From the NCBI RefSeq assembly GCF_009914755.1, contig NC_060927.1: a DNA stretch of 64,000 bases. One strand, given 5' to 3'. The translations under genes were made by a program, and so were the position numbers. Below are positions 36,240 through 53,076 of the stretch, one piece after another (the first letter of the stretch is position 1; the number at the start of each line of letters is the position of its first letter). Under the pieces are notes generated by a model. That model did not search any database. It was not told the DNA's origin and saw only the letters and a list, made by a program, of their open reading frames with translations. This DNA is from the human T2T-CHM13v2.0 reference genome, Homo sapiens.

Positions 36240-36671
36240 GGAAAGTAACTTCAACATGACCATTCACGTTATAGTCTCTGTTTCTGCTTTCTTCAGCCCT
36301 TTCTGCCTGTAAAGCCAACCTCCTCTGCCCAGGTCATCAGAACAGTACTTCTACTTCATAGAATGAGGTGTTGCCTGATTTAGAATTGCAAATAAAAGCC
36401 AATTAAGATGTTTAGATTTGTGGCCTGGCGCGGTGGCTCACGTCTGTAATCCCAGCACTTTGGGAGGCTGAGACGGGCGGATCACCTGAGGTCAGGAGTT
36501 CAAGACCTGCTCGGGAGGCTGAAGCAGGAGAATCACTTGAACTCAGGAGGCGGAGGTTGCAGTGAGCCAGGATTGTACCATTGTACTCCAGCCTGGGCGA
36601 CAGAGTAAGACTCTGTCTCAAAAAAAGAAAAAAAAAGATATTTAGATTTGTTGTAATTTTGTCTTTTGACA
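36240..36671 (+). mobile_element. ERV1 LTR 3' fragment (LTR26-like) split by an Alu
   Basis: ctgcctgtaaagccaacctcctctgc...aataaaagccaattaagat...gtaattttgtcttttgaca. Confidence 0.45.
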
Positions 36672-36842
36672 GTAGTATGTTATGATAAAATAATTATTAA
36701 TTCAATGCAATAAGACAATAATGCATAAAGATGAGTACAGCAAGGAAAGCATACACAAGCTTCCTACAAATTCCCATTTTAAATTCATAAAGAGTTGTAG
36801 TTTTTTTGTTGTTGCTGTTTTGCTTTTTAAGTTTTTTTTTGA

Positions 36843-36998
<156 letters not shown>

Positions 36999-37413
36999 TA
37001 GTAGAGATGAGATTTCACTATGTTACCCAGCTGGTTTCAAACTCTTGGGCTCAAGCAATCCTCCCACCTTGGCCTCCCAAAGCATTAGGATCACAGGTGT
37101 GAGCTGCCACGCCTGGCCTGTTGTAGTTTTTATGTCCTTGATATTTTGATTTCCACTTGATTCTGGATAACTGGTGGAGATGTACATTTTGTGAATATAC
37201 CCTGGGTTTCAGATGGAATATAAATCTAAAACTAATCCCCTACAAATAATTGCGACTGGTATTTTGGGTCTTTCAGGAAAAGATACGAGCCACACACTGA
37301 GAATGAAAAGGACATGAAGCGGGCAATTTATAAGCAGGTTGCCTTTCTGTCCGATGCAGATCTGGGCCAGGCTGACTTTAGCAAGATCTTACTCTTGGTT
37401 AGGGTCGAATACC

Positions 37414-37605
37414 GAGGTCAGCAAACTCTTTCTGTAAAGAGGCACGTAGTAAATATTCGGCTTTGCAGGGCGTAAGTTCTCTTTGGCAACGACTCAACTC
37501 TGCATTGTGGCATGAAAGCAGTCACAGGCAACGTATAAACAAATGGGCGATGCCGTATTCCAATAAAGCTTTTCAAAAACAGACTTCAGACTGGATTTAG
37601 CTAGT
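37414..37605 (+). mobile_element. MER58A-like hAT remnant
   Basis: gaggtcagcaaactctttctgtaaag...gtaaatatt...ggctttgcaggg...ttccaataaagcttt. Confidence 0.6.
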
Positions 37606-37888
37606 GGTCCTGCGTAATTGCAGTAAAAACTCTCATTTACCAAAAGTTCTTAACGTAATGTTACACCCTCTTAACAGGCTTATTTGTCATCGAGCCAGCT
37701 GACAACAAAACATTATGAGACAATGGGAATTTAGACTGCCTTTAAGAAACCCTCAGGATTAAAACACAGTTTGGAATTTGGCTATGTAGAATAATAATAG
37801 CTATATAGTAGCTATTAATGGATAAAGCATCACAATAGCTACCAAGCTGTGCCAGGTACTAAAGCCTTATTTCTAACCCTTACACTAA

Positions 37889-38044
<156 letters not shown>

Positions 38045-38392
38045 TGAGTAGCTGGTGCCGAGGCACCTGAGATTACAGGTGTCCACCACCACGCCTGGCT
38101 AATTTTTGTATTTTTAGTAGAGACAGGGTTTCACTTTATTGGCCAGGCTGGTCTTGAACTCCTGACCTCGTGATCCACCAGCCTCTACCTCCCAAAGTGC
38201 CGGGATTACAGGTTGAGCCCCCGCGCCCAGCCCATTCTCATTTTTAATAATTGAAAACAGCCAGTGTGGCTGTAGTCCCAGCTATGTGAGAGGCTCACTG
38301 GAAGCCAGAAGCTTGAGGGCGGCAGTGCTCTATGATCTCTCCAGTCAATAGCACTGGCTTCCAGCCTGGGCTACAGAGTGACCTCGTCTCTA

Positions 38393-38850
<458 letters not shown>

Positions 38851-39003
38851 CTAGGCAGTCTTTAGCTAATTCTATTCTCAGCAGTCATTTTGCATACACA
38901 GTAATGACTAACCTGTAGACGATAGCAGTCAGCCACCTGGGCGCCCCTTCGCTCATCTATGTGTAAATACGTTATTTCACTGCCAAATGTCTTCCTTCCT
39001 TAC

Positions 39004-39236
39004 CTATCAATCTGAATTTTCTTCAGTGTCTCCGTAGTCATGATGGTCTGCCTTGTAGGTTTTTTGAAGACAAGATCCTGCATTTTGTTAAACTCCACAG
39101 CGAACCGGCCTCTGTGTCTGATTTCTGGCAAGTTGGGTCCTTCCTCAGTTATTAACGGACTGGGTATTTTTGTGATTGTTGAGGCCATTGGAAGTTTGTC
39201 TAGATTCGTTCCTTCTAGATTCATTTCTCTGCTTTT
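39004..39236 (-). CDS. IQCG: IQCG coding exon ([20 protein letters not shown]...TLKKIQID(R))
   Basis: ttgttttaaaag|AAA acceptor and AG|gtaagg donor; 233 nt; overlaps ORF 39000..39224. Confidence 0.95.
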
Positions 39237-39874
39237 CTTTTAAAACAATAAACAATTAGAAAGAATTTTTTTAAAGAGACAATACAACAAGAAAGAGGCC
39301 TTTGTGTACATTTTTCAACATTATCTTCTCTGACTTCTACTCTATACTCCAAGAAAATGTGCCCCTTTCTTCAGCCACACCAAACCACACGCGCCCTGCT
39401 GCTAACTTCACACAACATTCTTCTTCTCCGTCATTCCCCAACTTACCACCTGGTACACTCTGCTCAAAAGTAAAGTTCTTTGTGAAATATCTCTGTTAGC
39501 AGGCATTTCTCATGTTGTAATTTTTTATAAAGTATCTCCATCAGGTCGTGGTTTCTAGGGTCGGGGGGACAGTGTCTTAGAGATCTTGGTTCCACTTCAA
39601 GAAAAACTTTTTTTGAAGACTAGTCTCAAGTTATTTTTGGAACAAGATTGGATATTCAATAAATGTGGCCATCTTTGTAGTCCCATTGCTTAGAACAATG
39701 ACTAGCATATAGCAGAGACGCAAATGTTCCTTGAACATATGAACTTGAAATACAAATAAAAAAAGGAGAATCATACTAAAAGCAGAGGTTGATAGTACAT
39801 TTAGTGGTGTGGTGTAGACTTTGAGGATCATGGAGGGAAAAGCCAAAATAATTTTTTTCAGAACCAAACTTGAA

Positions 39875-39969
39875 TATTAAGGGACCGCAGGAACGGCGTA
39901 TGCCTTTCAGCTGATGGTGCTGACTATTAAGGGACCGCAGGAACGGCCTATGCCTTTCAGCTGATGGTG
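39875..39969. repeat. Tandem duplication with 50 bp period
   Basis: tattaagggaccgcaggaacggc(g/c)tatgcctttcagctgatggtg at 39875 and 39925. Confidence 0.9.
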
Positions 39970-40453
39970 TAAACTAAACTGTGGCTAAAAGCTTGAGCCA
40001 CTGAGGCACACGATGCAGCGACTACACATACGGATTCTGAAGCCATGTTTGAATCCTGCTGTCTCTCAACTCTATTGACCTTGGGCAACTAGTTAACATC
40101 TCTGTGTCCCCATTTTCCCACTGGTAAAATAAATGGTTATTATTTTAGATTTTGCCTAAGGCAATAAGGGGAAATGTAAGGTCTAGGAGGCTCCACTGTC
40201 TTTTTTTTTTTTGAGACAGGGTCTTGCTCCGCCGCCCAGGCTGGAGTGCAGTGGCGCGATCTCGGCTCACTGTGACCTCTGGGATGCCCCATTTTCTGAG
40301 TTCCCTAACCACTATTCCTCTACCTTTATACTTGGACATCTGGAAAAGGAACCAAATGTGTCTCATGGCCTGATTTACTGATTACTAGAAAGAAATGTGA
40401 ATTTTTAGAATAGAATTAAAGAAACGAGCTAAGTGTTCTAGTTGACGCACTAA

Positions 40454-40779
<326 letters not shown>

Positions 40780-41578
40780 TAATAATATATTTTATATTGC
40801 ACATGCTATGTACAAGATAGGGTTTTTTACCGTAAGGAAAAAGAGAAGAAAAACAGTATTCCCTGCAAGAAAACTCTTTCCAAACTTTGGTCAAATCACT
40901 CTCATTTCTGGCAGAACCACGTATATTAATATATTTTTCATCCTTTCATTTCATAATTCTAATACATGAAAATGTATCTGGAGATGGCCTTAGCCATAAA
41001 AACGGCTTTAAAAGAGGGAAAATGCTAATCTTTCCTCTCAACGTTGTTAAAAGGCTCAAGGATGTCAAGCCTTTGGGAAAGGAAACATCCATATACTAAC
41101 ATTTAAAAATATACAGCCTAGGCCCTACAGGGCAGCGGCATCTTCAAATTCATGAGTCAGAACAACTATAGTACCATGAAATACAAACCAAAAAATATTT
41201 TAAGAGATTCACAATTTTTAAAAGATATGAAGCTAACATATTGAGAAATGGGCTTTTAAATTGCTATTAATCAACATGATTAAAGTTACTATAATTATAC
41301 ATATTATATATTACTATTTACACTACAGTAAAATCACAAGGAGGGTTTCTGTTGAGTCAGAAAATTTTGTGGGTAAAAGATCACTATGATAAACCAGAAA
41401 AAAACAGTGCAAAAGTTTCATTCATTTACTGGAGTAGTGACCACTGCTGAACACTGTCGATTAATTTAGGGTTTTCATTCTTGATATTCCATGATGGCAA
41501 ATTACTCTTTTCAAAGGCTGACAGCAGGTAGCATTGAAAAGACTTCATTTATTAACTGAATGCCTTCCCATTTGTTTG

Positions 41579-42034
41579 TCCTTCCTTCCTTCCTTCCTTC
41601 CCTCCCTCCCTCCTTCCTCTCTCTCCTCTCTCTCTCCCCTCTCTCCTCTGTCTCTTTCTTTCCCTTCCTTCCTCCCTCCCTTCCCTTCCCTCTCCCTGCC
41701 CTCCCTTCCCCCTCCCTCCCTTCCTACCTTCCTCTCTTCCTTTCTTTCTTTTCCTCCCTCCTTCCCTTTCTTCCTTCCTTCCTCTCTCTCTCCCCTCTGT
41801 CTCTTTCTTTCCCTTCCTTCCTTCCTCCCTCTCTCCCCTCCCTTCCCCCTCCCTCCTCTCCCATCCCCCTCCCTCCTCTCCCATCCCCCTCCCTCCTCTC
41901 CCATCCCCCTCCCTCCTCACCCTTCCCCCTCCCCCTTCCCCTCCCTCCCTCCCTTCCTCCCTTCCTTCCTTCCTTTCTCTCTTTCTCTTTCTTTCTTTCC
42001 CTCCCTCCCTCCCTTCCTTCTTTCTTTCTCTTTC
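41579..42034. repeat. Polypyrimidine/polypurine (CCTT/CCCT/CT) tract continuous with an antisense Alu
   Basis: About 450 bp almost exclusively C/T on the plus strand, running into Alu sequence at about 42035. Confidence 0.95.
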
Positions 42035-42682
42035 AACAAGGTCTCACTCTGTCACCCAGGTTGGCATGCAGTGGTGTGACCTTGGCTTGCTGCAGCCTCA
42101 GTCTCATGGACTCAAATGATCCTCCCATATCAGCCTCCTGAGTAGCTGGGACTACAGGCGTACGCCACAATTCCTGGCTAATTTTTGTATTTTCTTGGTA
42201 GAGACAGGGTCTTCTATGCTGCCCAGGCTGGTCTCAAACTTCTGGCCTCAAGTATTTCTCCCACCTTGGCCTCCCAAAGCACCCATTTTATTTTTTATTC
42301 TTGCTGAAGGAGATAATAAATAGGAAGAATACACCAGTCTCTTCTGTACTATTTGTTAGCCAGCTTAAATTGTTAAGATTAGCCTCTTATTTTAAATGCA
42401 GTGGAAGATTTTGTTCTTAGATCCTTATCTGTTTGCCCTTCATAAGTTAACAAGGAAGTTAACTTACATTATACAATTCCTGTGATACTTACAGCATTTT
42501 AAAACTACCCCAAAACTCGCAGAATGCCAGCTCTGGAAGGGATCTATGGGTCATTTAGGTAAAACTCCATTACAACTTACAAATGAGAAAACTTAGACCA
42601 AAAAAGTGAAATGATTGCTAACAGCACGTAACTATATCCCAAACGTCTCCTGACTCCAAATCCATTGTTTTGTAAAATCTTA

Positions 42683-42917
<235 letters not shown>

Positions 42918-43827
42918 TTAATGGAAAATTAAAGGGAAATTTAATTTTCTTCTCTTGATAAATATGGACTTTACTGTTAGAAATGAAAAGCAAAAACAAA
43001 ACAAACAAAATGAAAAAAAAAGCAATTTACCCTCTTATTTATATAGCAATTTTCAATGGTCATAGAATCAGACATAAGAATATCTTCTGGGCTGGGTGTG
43101 GTGGCTCACGCCTGTAATCCCAGCACTTTGGGAGGCCGAGGTGGGCAGATCACCTGAGGTCGGGAGTTCAAGACCAGCCTGACCAACATGGAGAAACTCC
43201 GTCTCTACTAAAAGTACAAAATTAGCTGGGCGTGGTGGCGTAATCCCAGCACTTGGGAGACTGAGGCAGGAGAACTGCTTGAACCCGGGAGGCGGAGGTT
43301 GCGGTGAGCCTAGACACTCCTGGGCAACAAGAGCGAAACTCCATCTCAAAAAAAAAAAAAAAAAAGTATCTTCTGAACAAGTTATATAATGTTATTATTT
43401 ATAACTTGATAAATGTGTACTTCTATTTATAAATTGTTTCCATTTTATACCTACAACCTAAGTTACTGAAATGTACAAGAGCTTAAAAATGCATAAAGAC
43501 TTTGCTCACTACTAAGTTAATTTTCTGATAACTCAGTGCTGCTTCACAGAGGATTCATCAATGACAACAAAGTCATTTTAGATTAAAGCGTTAAGAGTGG
43601 AGTTGAATTTCCTCCCCCTAGTGTTCAGTTAGGTTGCAGCAGCTGAGAAATACAAGTTGGGTGGGACAACTCAGTAATTCCATCTCTTCAGTATATAGAT
43701 TGTATTCATACTGATTTCAGTAGAGGCCTTTTTGGGTAAAACCAATATACTAGAAAAGGATATTCTGTCTGGTAATATACCTTGAGTTATGGCAATTTCA
43801 CTCCATCAGTTGAGAGTGCATATCTCA

Positions 43828-44088
<261 letters not shown>

Positions 44089-44231
44089 TCAAAAAAAAAA
44101 AGAAAAGAAACAAAGAAGGAAAGAGAGAGAGAGAAAGAAAGAAAAATAAGTACATTTAATGGGATAGGTACTATAAATGAGGGAGAAATAAAAAATAAAG
44201 CAAAATTAACTCATGGTGAGTGGGTCTATAC

Positions 44232-44505
44232 CACGCAGATGCTCTGTCTCCCTTCGTACTGAACGGGCATGATGTAGTTCAGAATAGAGAGCTGGTCTGT
44301 GGTGTCCTCCAGAACTGCCGAGATCCTCAGCACATCTGGAAGGGACAGTGGCTCTAGAGTTTCCGGGATTTCTGGGATGATTTCTATGTCTGTTTCTTTA
44401 GGTATTCCTTCTTCTTCTACGGTACTAGGTGGTTCGCCTGTCACTGACACCGTCATCTCAGAATGCCAAACTTTTGGAGGAAGGTTTGAGTCTTCCAGGC
44501 TGTCT
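44232..44505 (-). CDS. IQCG: IQCG coding exon 2 ((E)[26 protein letters not shown]...YEGRQSICV)
   Basis: ttctttccttag|A acceptor and GTG|gtatag donor; 274 nt; within ORF 44226..44543. Confidence 0.96.
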
Positions 44506-44683
44506 CTAAGGAAAGAATAAAGAAAAAATAAGTCAGCAACCAATATTTAAACATTACTTTAACTCAAAAGCACAGGCAGCAACGTGCTGGGCTCCTGTGA
44601 TATTCACATCGTCGTATAATAGAACCTAGATGAAAAAAAAGGAGGATTTGGCGTGTGATTCTGCTAAGTATCTTCCATTTTGA

Positions 44684-45334
<651 letters not shown>

Positions 45335-45473
45335 TACTGTTTAATAAAGGTATGTAGTTCATGCAATTTGGCTATTCTGATCAATTTGAATTTGAGCCAA
45401 AATTAACTTTTTTTTCCCTAGGAGTATCTTTGGATGCTAACCAAAAGTGTCTCATGATGAGTGAAAAACAGAA

Positions 45474-46007
45474 TGTGGTATCCAGCCTCCAAGGTGGCCC
45501 AAATGATTCTCACTTTCTAGTGTTAACGCCTCTGTGTAGTCTACACCACACCGAGCAGGACTAGCCTATGTAACCAGAAGGTTACGGTGGGGATGACGGA
45601 GTGTGACTTGCAAGGCTAGGTGATAAAAGACATTGCAGCTTCTGCCTCACTCTCTCAAATCTCTCACTGTGAGGGAAGACAGCTGCCTTGGTATGAGGAC
45701 ACTTCAGCAGCACTGTGGACACATCCATGAAGGTAAGGAACTAAGGCCTCTTGCCGGCAGCCTGCACCAACTTGCCAGCTCTGTCAATGAACCACCTTGG
45801 AAGTGGATACTGCAGCCCCCATCAAGTGTTCAGATCATTGCCACCCCTGGCCAACTTCAAGTTCAGGAGAGACCTCAAGCCAGCACCATCCAGCTAACCT
45901 GCTCCTAACCTTGGGACCCACAGAAACTGTGGGAAAGAATAAATGTTTATATTTTAAGTCACTAAGTTCTGGGGTAATCTGTTACGCAGCAATAGATAAG
46001 GTATACA
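45474..46007 (+). mobile_element. MaLR solo LTR (MLT1F-like)
   Basis: tgtggta...gcctccaaggtggccc...aataaatgtttatattttaagtcactaagttctggggtaatctgttacgcagcaatagataa. Confidence 0.75.
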
Positions 46008-46073
46008 CAGAAATTTAACAGAAGGCATAATTTAAATACATGTATACAAAAAACATTGGAATTTTAAACATAC

Positions 46074-46081
46074 TCTTCCAT
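46074..46081 (-). CDS. IQCG: IQCG start codon (ATG GAA GA) in exon 46074-46140
   Basis: Acceptor tttctttcccattttag| at 46141. Strong Kozak agaATGG, with an in-frame TAA 18 nt upstream. Donor GA|gtatgt. Splices to 44505 to give [11 protein letters not shown]. Confidence 0.93.
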
Positions 46082-46607
46082 TCTTCTGTAGCTTCGTTAC
46101 CCTCCGTGGTATATTTATAATCTCACAAAAGTGCAGTTACCTAAAATGGGAAAGAAACACTGAGATTAGTTTATGGGCGTCTTGAATGATGTTTCAGTTA
46201 TTTCTATACCATTTCATTAAGAGAAAATTAAATGATTACGGGAGCTGTGACTATCGCCTCTTTGTGCGGAGTGGAGCAGTCCCAGAGGCGAAAGAGCCTC
46301 CGACATCATGGAGTGCAGGTCTATGAAGAAGTCAACTGAGTTATTACTGCTCTACCAAACTCAAGACACATGCACTCTGTGAGCCTCTTCTTTAGGTAAA
46401 TTAATGTTCAACGTGGTTTTAGTATGTTCTATTATATCACCGATTTTTAATTGGTAATCTCTATATACTTGATTTTTTCTATCATTCTGATTACTGTAAT
46501 ATTTAATTAGGTCACTCAATTCATCTTCTCTGCCAGATAACAGAATTTGCTCCACATGGACTTAGAGGAATAAGTGAGATGACACTTAGAAAAACTGTAT
46601 TAATTGG

Positions 46608-46920
<313 letters not shown>

Positions 46921-47295
46921 TTAATCCTGGAAATCAGTTTAACATTGCTATCAAGATGTTACCCCTCCTCAGTAAACCAAAATCCTTTCTGCTTAAATGA
47001 GCTTTACAGTGAAAACCCCTATGGAGAAGTTTGCGTTGTACTGAATGGACAGTGAGTGGTGAGTTTCCAATGTAAATTTGTCCACAATAAAGCAACTCTG
47101 AGAGACGTGGTGCAAATATGACTCTTGCAACAAAAATCTTACATGCAAAAATTCAAACACACAAAACAGAATCTTCACATAAATTTGAAAAAGTACTTCA
47201 GACTAGCCAAATGTCCTGATGCAGGGGCAGTTTTAGGAGGAAGTAGCATGGTATTAAGCAGAATACCTTTCTTTTTTTCTTTTCTTTTTTTTTGA

Positions 47296-47592
<297 letters not shown>

Positions 47593-48364
47593 TAAGCTGG
47601 ACCTAGTTGTTGCTGTGTTTGTTTGTTTCCTTGTTTTCTTTTTTGCTTGAACTACTCCAACAACCTCTAAATTGGAAGTGATCTTTTAATTTTTAAATTT
47701 TTTTTTTCTGATATCCTGACAGAAGGTTCAGGAAGTGAGCTTTTTAAAATGAAAGGGTGATCTTTTAAAATGGAAAATCTCATCATGTCCTTCCCTAGAA
47801 CCCTTCAATGGTTTCCCGTTGCCTTAGGACAAAGAAGAAAATTCTTGACTTGGTCCACAAGGTCTGTATGATCTGGGCCCCTCTGTTCCTCTCTAGACCC
47901 AACTACAACTGCACTTTCCTTGCTCTCTGGGCTCCAGCCACAGTGGGCTTCTTTCAGTTCTTCTCTGGACTCATGCTCCCTTGCAACTCAGGGTCTTTGC
48001 ACCTGCTATTCCTTCCAGTGGAGCCACTCTTCCCTCACCTTTTCACCGTGTAAAGTCCCACTGACCCATCACCAGCTTAAGACAGTGTCATTTTTCTAGG
48101 TGAAATCTCTAACATTTTCTGTGCTCTGAGAGATGGACCCGTATGGAGTATATCCAGGGGAGATTCCAGAAAGAGATTCAGTGTAGAGAAGTGAGATCAG
48201 ACATTTATTCTCCCTGCTCCTTCTCTGCCAGAATATAATTGGTTGGTTATGTTCCTCTATCAAAGGTCATGGCTCCTGTCAGGCAATTCTCTCCAAACGT
48301 CTCTCTCTGGGCTTAGGTAACTATTTCTTTCCTAGGTCCCGGGAGACTCCATCATCCCTTGTAG

Positions 48365-48866
<502 letters not shown>

Positions 48867-49939
48867 TAGTGTCAGTTTCCCCCCACTAGACAACTGTTCC
48901 ATGAAAGCAGCAACATGACAACGATGCTCACAGTTGTATCAGGTGCTAAGTCTCAGTGCTCAATAAGTATTTGTGGAACGAATAATACACGAGCAAACGA
49001 ATGAAACTCACACTTAATGTGTTATTCCTCCCAGGAGGACTTCCATATAGAACTTTGACAAATCAATATCTAATAGTGAAATTTCTAGCACATTTCTTTC
49101 TGGGACAGGGAACACTGGGTGGGGTAGTAGGCTACAAGGTACAAGTTCTATCCTGTTGTATTTAAGAGAGGATCTGATTTTAAAAGTGACTTATATACAT
49201 CTATTTCATACAACTTCGGAGTCATACTTTACTCTCTCTCATTCCTCATCCACCAGCAAATCTTGCCAGAATTTAAATATATTCAGAATTCCAGTACTCA
49301 ATATCCTCTGTTTACACACCATCACCTCTCATCATAGTCACTACAGGAACCTATAATTATCTTCCTGCTGATACCCTTGCCTCCCTTCACTTTCAACACA
49401 GTGACTTTGTCAATATAGAAGTCAGATAGAGTCACCCTTCTGTTCAGGACCCTTAAATAGTTCCCATCTCAAAGCAGGGGAAGCCTCTTTTACATACTTC
49501 CCATCTCAAAGTGGGGAAAGCCTCTTTTACAGTGGCCTCTCTGCTTAATTTTCTTCACAGAAATTATCATCTTCTAACGTGTCATCTATTTTTACTTGCT
49601 CATTGTGTTGCTCCGCCTCGTAGGATATAAGCTCCACGAGGGCATAGATTTGTTTACTGCCGTGTCATCTTACACAAACCTTGGTACAGGGTAGTCATTC
49701 ATTAAACTATGTGTTAAATAAATGAATGAATCCATAGGATAACCCAAATAAATATGCAATAATTCGGAAATGTGAATCTCTGGCGTCCACTAATCCACCT
49801 CTACAAGTATCTACGGAGGACCTACTAGGTGCGGACACGAGGCAGCTAAACGAGTTCTCCTAAAAGGGCGATAAAGCCTCCTGCAGGCAGTCCTCCTCAT
49901 ACCTCGGATCCAAAAAGAAGAATGGAGGTAAGAACTTAA

Positions 49940-50119
<180 letters not shown>

Positions 50120-50383
50120 TAGAGGGGAGAAAAGAAGTATAGAAAAAGAAAAAAGAGAAGGAAGAGGTCCTGCTGCCTTCGTGCTCCCGGCCTTTCTCTT
50201 CCATGCTAGATTAGGATCCCAGAATTTCCGTTCTGTCTATTGCTGTGTGTATCGAGAGAAAAGCACCCCACTGTTGGCAAATCAATCTTACAGTCAATCA
50301 TTCTTTAGGCAGCGGGAACATCCTCCACTCAGGGTTCGCCTTTCCACCTACGGCGTCCGGGGACGCAGGAAGTAAACTAAGTT

Positions 50384-50397
50384 GTTTCTATGGCAAC
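50384..50397. promoter_or_regulatory. RFX X-box in the IQCG/RPL35A bidirectional promoter
   Basis: GTTTCTATGGCAAC is one mismatch from GTTNCCATGGNAAC; an ETS core caggaagt lies just upstream. RFX factors are established regulators of ciliary genes. Confidence 0.7.
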
Positions 50398-50642
50398 GCA
50401 CAGCTTTGGCGGATTTAGCTGGCTACCATTTTGCCTTCCCTTGTTCCCAAGTAGTACATTTTGCAGCCTACCAAGATGAAAGGACTTAGGAAAATAATTG
50501 TAAGAGTGCTATTGAATGTGGCTTATTTCAGTGCGAAGCCGATTTCCGAGGATTGTTTTTCTGGCGTTTGGAGAAGATGCCTAAATTGAGGGCGGAGTCG
50601 AAAGATGTTTAATCCCACAAGGCCACGCGGCGGGGCCTCGTC

Positions 50643-50674
50643 CTTCTCTTACCGCCATCTTGGCTCCTGTGGAG
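50643..50674 (+). promoter_or_regulatory. RPL35A: RPL35A non-coding exon 1 with TCT/5'TOP start and YY1 site
   Basis: Pyrimidine tract cttctctt; CCGCCATCTT YY1 motif at 50652-50661; donor GAG|gtgagt. Confidence 0.9.
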
Positions 50675-51420
50675 GTGAGTGAAGGGTCTGCTGCTGAAAT
50701 TTGGGGGCAAATAACCGGAGTAGGTTTGTTCCTGTGCCTTGGCGAGTCGCCGGTGCGTATCGGAGTCTCTGCCAGCCATTGATTTCTACGGGTTTCAAGA
50801 AGAGGGAGAACAGGATGGAGGAGATGTTGGGCTGATGGTGTTTGGTCCCCTGACACCCGGAGAACGGCTGCCCGGGTTATCCCAGTTAAATTCCTGGGCC
50901 TGAACGGAGTGAAACGATGTTTTTGTTCGTGTGCAGTTGTCCATGAGGCAGTGCTTCCTTCATCCGTTTCCTCCCAGTCCATACCTTCCTTGGCTTGTCT
51001 GACCAGTCTCTTTCCTCAGCTTTTCTCCCCCAGCCATTGCATAAAAGTCTTACGTGTGTGTTTCTCTTTAAGGCTTCATTTCTTTTCCTGAGTGTTGCCT
51101 ACTGATAACGGCATGCATTTTCTCAGGCTTTTCTGAGAGTCATTTTTGTGACTCCTGTCCCTTAGTTTTGTCTTCATTCTGAAGTTTGCTTAGATACCAG
51201 CTGTTCTCTGAGGTTTGAATGTCTTGCCGGACCCTGCGTTTCATATGGATGTTCTGGCATTGTTGTCCCCGAACTCCTACATGAAACTCCCATCCAAAAG
51301 GAATTTGCTTTAGGGGCTTAAACGAGAGGGGACGAGGTGGGAAACTTGTGTGGCTTGGTTTTAAACTAATCTTTTTGTTTGTTTTAAGGCCTGCTGGGAA
51401 CGGGACTTCTAAAAGGAACT

Positions 51421-51431
51421 ATGTCTGGAAG
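51421..51431 (+). CDS. RPL35A: RPL35A (eL33) coding start in exon 2 (51389-51431): MSG(R)
   Basis: tttgttttaag|GCC acceptor; ATGTCTGGAAG|gtacgc donor. Confidence 0.96.
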
Positions 51432-51516
51432 GTACGCGTTTTAAATATAGTTCTTTATTTTTGTGTGTTAGACGTGAACGTAAATGCGAGCTTAAAATTG
51501 GCAAGAAAAAACTTAG

Positions 51517-51765
<249 letters not shown>

Positions 51766-52968
51766 TAAGTTTATGACACTGGTAGGTTTTGGGTTTTTGA
51801 GATCTGCCTCATTTTCTTTTTTATATAACGGAGTCTTGCTCTGTTGCCGAGGCTGGAATGCAGTGACTTGGTCTCCCTCACCGAAACCTCCGCCTCCCGG
51901 GTTCAAGCAAGTGTCCTGTCTCAGCCTCCCGAGTAGCTGGGATTACAGGCGCCGGCCACCACGCCCGGCTAGTTTTTGTATTATTAGTAGAGACAGGGTA
52001 TTGCCATGTTGGCCAGGCTGGTCCCAAACTCCTGACCTTAGGTGATCCGCCCACCTCGGCCTCCCAAAGTGCTGAGATTACAGGCTTGAGCCACCGCGCC
52101 TGGCCTCATTATCCTATTGAAATAATAAACAAAAGATTTAGCTGAAGTACTTGGTATTGTTTTTTTGTTTTTGTGACAAGAGTCTCTGTTGCCCAGGTTG
52201 GAGGGCAGTAGCGCGATCTTGGCTCGCTGCAGCCTCTGCCTCCTGGCTCAAGCGATTCTCCTGCCTCAGCCTCCTGAGTAGCTGGGCTTACAGGGGTGTG
52301 CCACCACGCCCGGCTAATTTTTGTATTTTTACTAGAGAATGGGTTTCCCCATGTTGGCCAGGCTGGATTGGTATTGCTGTGGCTTCTATTTTGCGTCATT
52401 AAGGAACTTAATGGGGAGTTTTAGAAGGACGTTACTTCTGAGGGTGGTGTTGGATTTAGGTACCTTTTGCACTTGTAAGCAATAAAGGAGGTAATTCCTT
52501 ATATTGTGATCCTTTTAAGGTTTCTAATTTTTTTTCTCGGCTCCTTTTGCCAGAATTTAAGGATTTTTAGAACACTTGTGCTTAATGCATTTTGTTAATG
52601 CCTTAAAATTATGGGTTTTTTTTTTTTTTTTTTTTTTTTTTTTGGAGACGGAGTCTCACTGTCACCTAGGCTGGAGTGCAGTAGCACAATATCGGCTCAC
52701 CGCAACCTCCGCCTCCCGGGTTCAAGGGATTCTCCTGCCTTAGCCTCCTGAGTAGCTGGGATTACAGGCGGCCGCCACCATGCCTGTCTAATTTTTGTAT
52801 ATTTAGTAGAGATGGGGTTTCACCATTTTGGCCAGGCTGGTCTTAAACTCCTGAACTTGTGATCCACCCACCTCAGCCTCCCAAAGTGCTGGGATTACAG
52901 GCAGGAGCCACGGTGCCCCGCCCCTTGTTTTTTCTTTTCTTTCTTTTCTTTTTTTCTTTCTTTTTTGA

Positions 52969-53076
<108 letters not shown>

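Noticed and set aside
41534-42141. Long Pro/Ser/Leu and Arg/Glu/Gly ORFs
   Set aside because: Low-complexity CT tract that cannot encode stop codons.
46254-46291. 8-bp inverted repeat tcgcctct/agaggcga near the IQCG ATG exon
   Set aside because: Short enough to occur by chance in 64 kb, with no other support.
49461-49531. Short imperfect tandem duplication (ttcccatctcaaag...gcctcttttaca twice)
   Set aside because: Ordinary slippage-type duplication inside old repeat-like sequence, with no sign of function.
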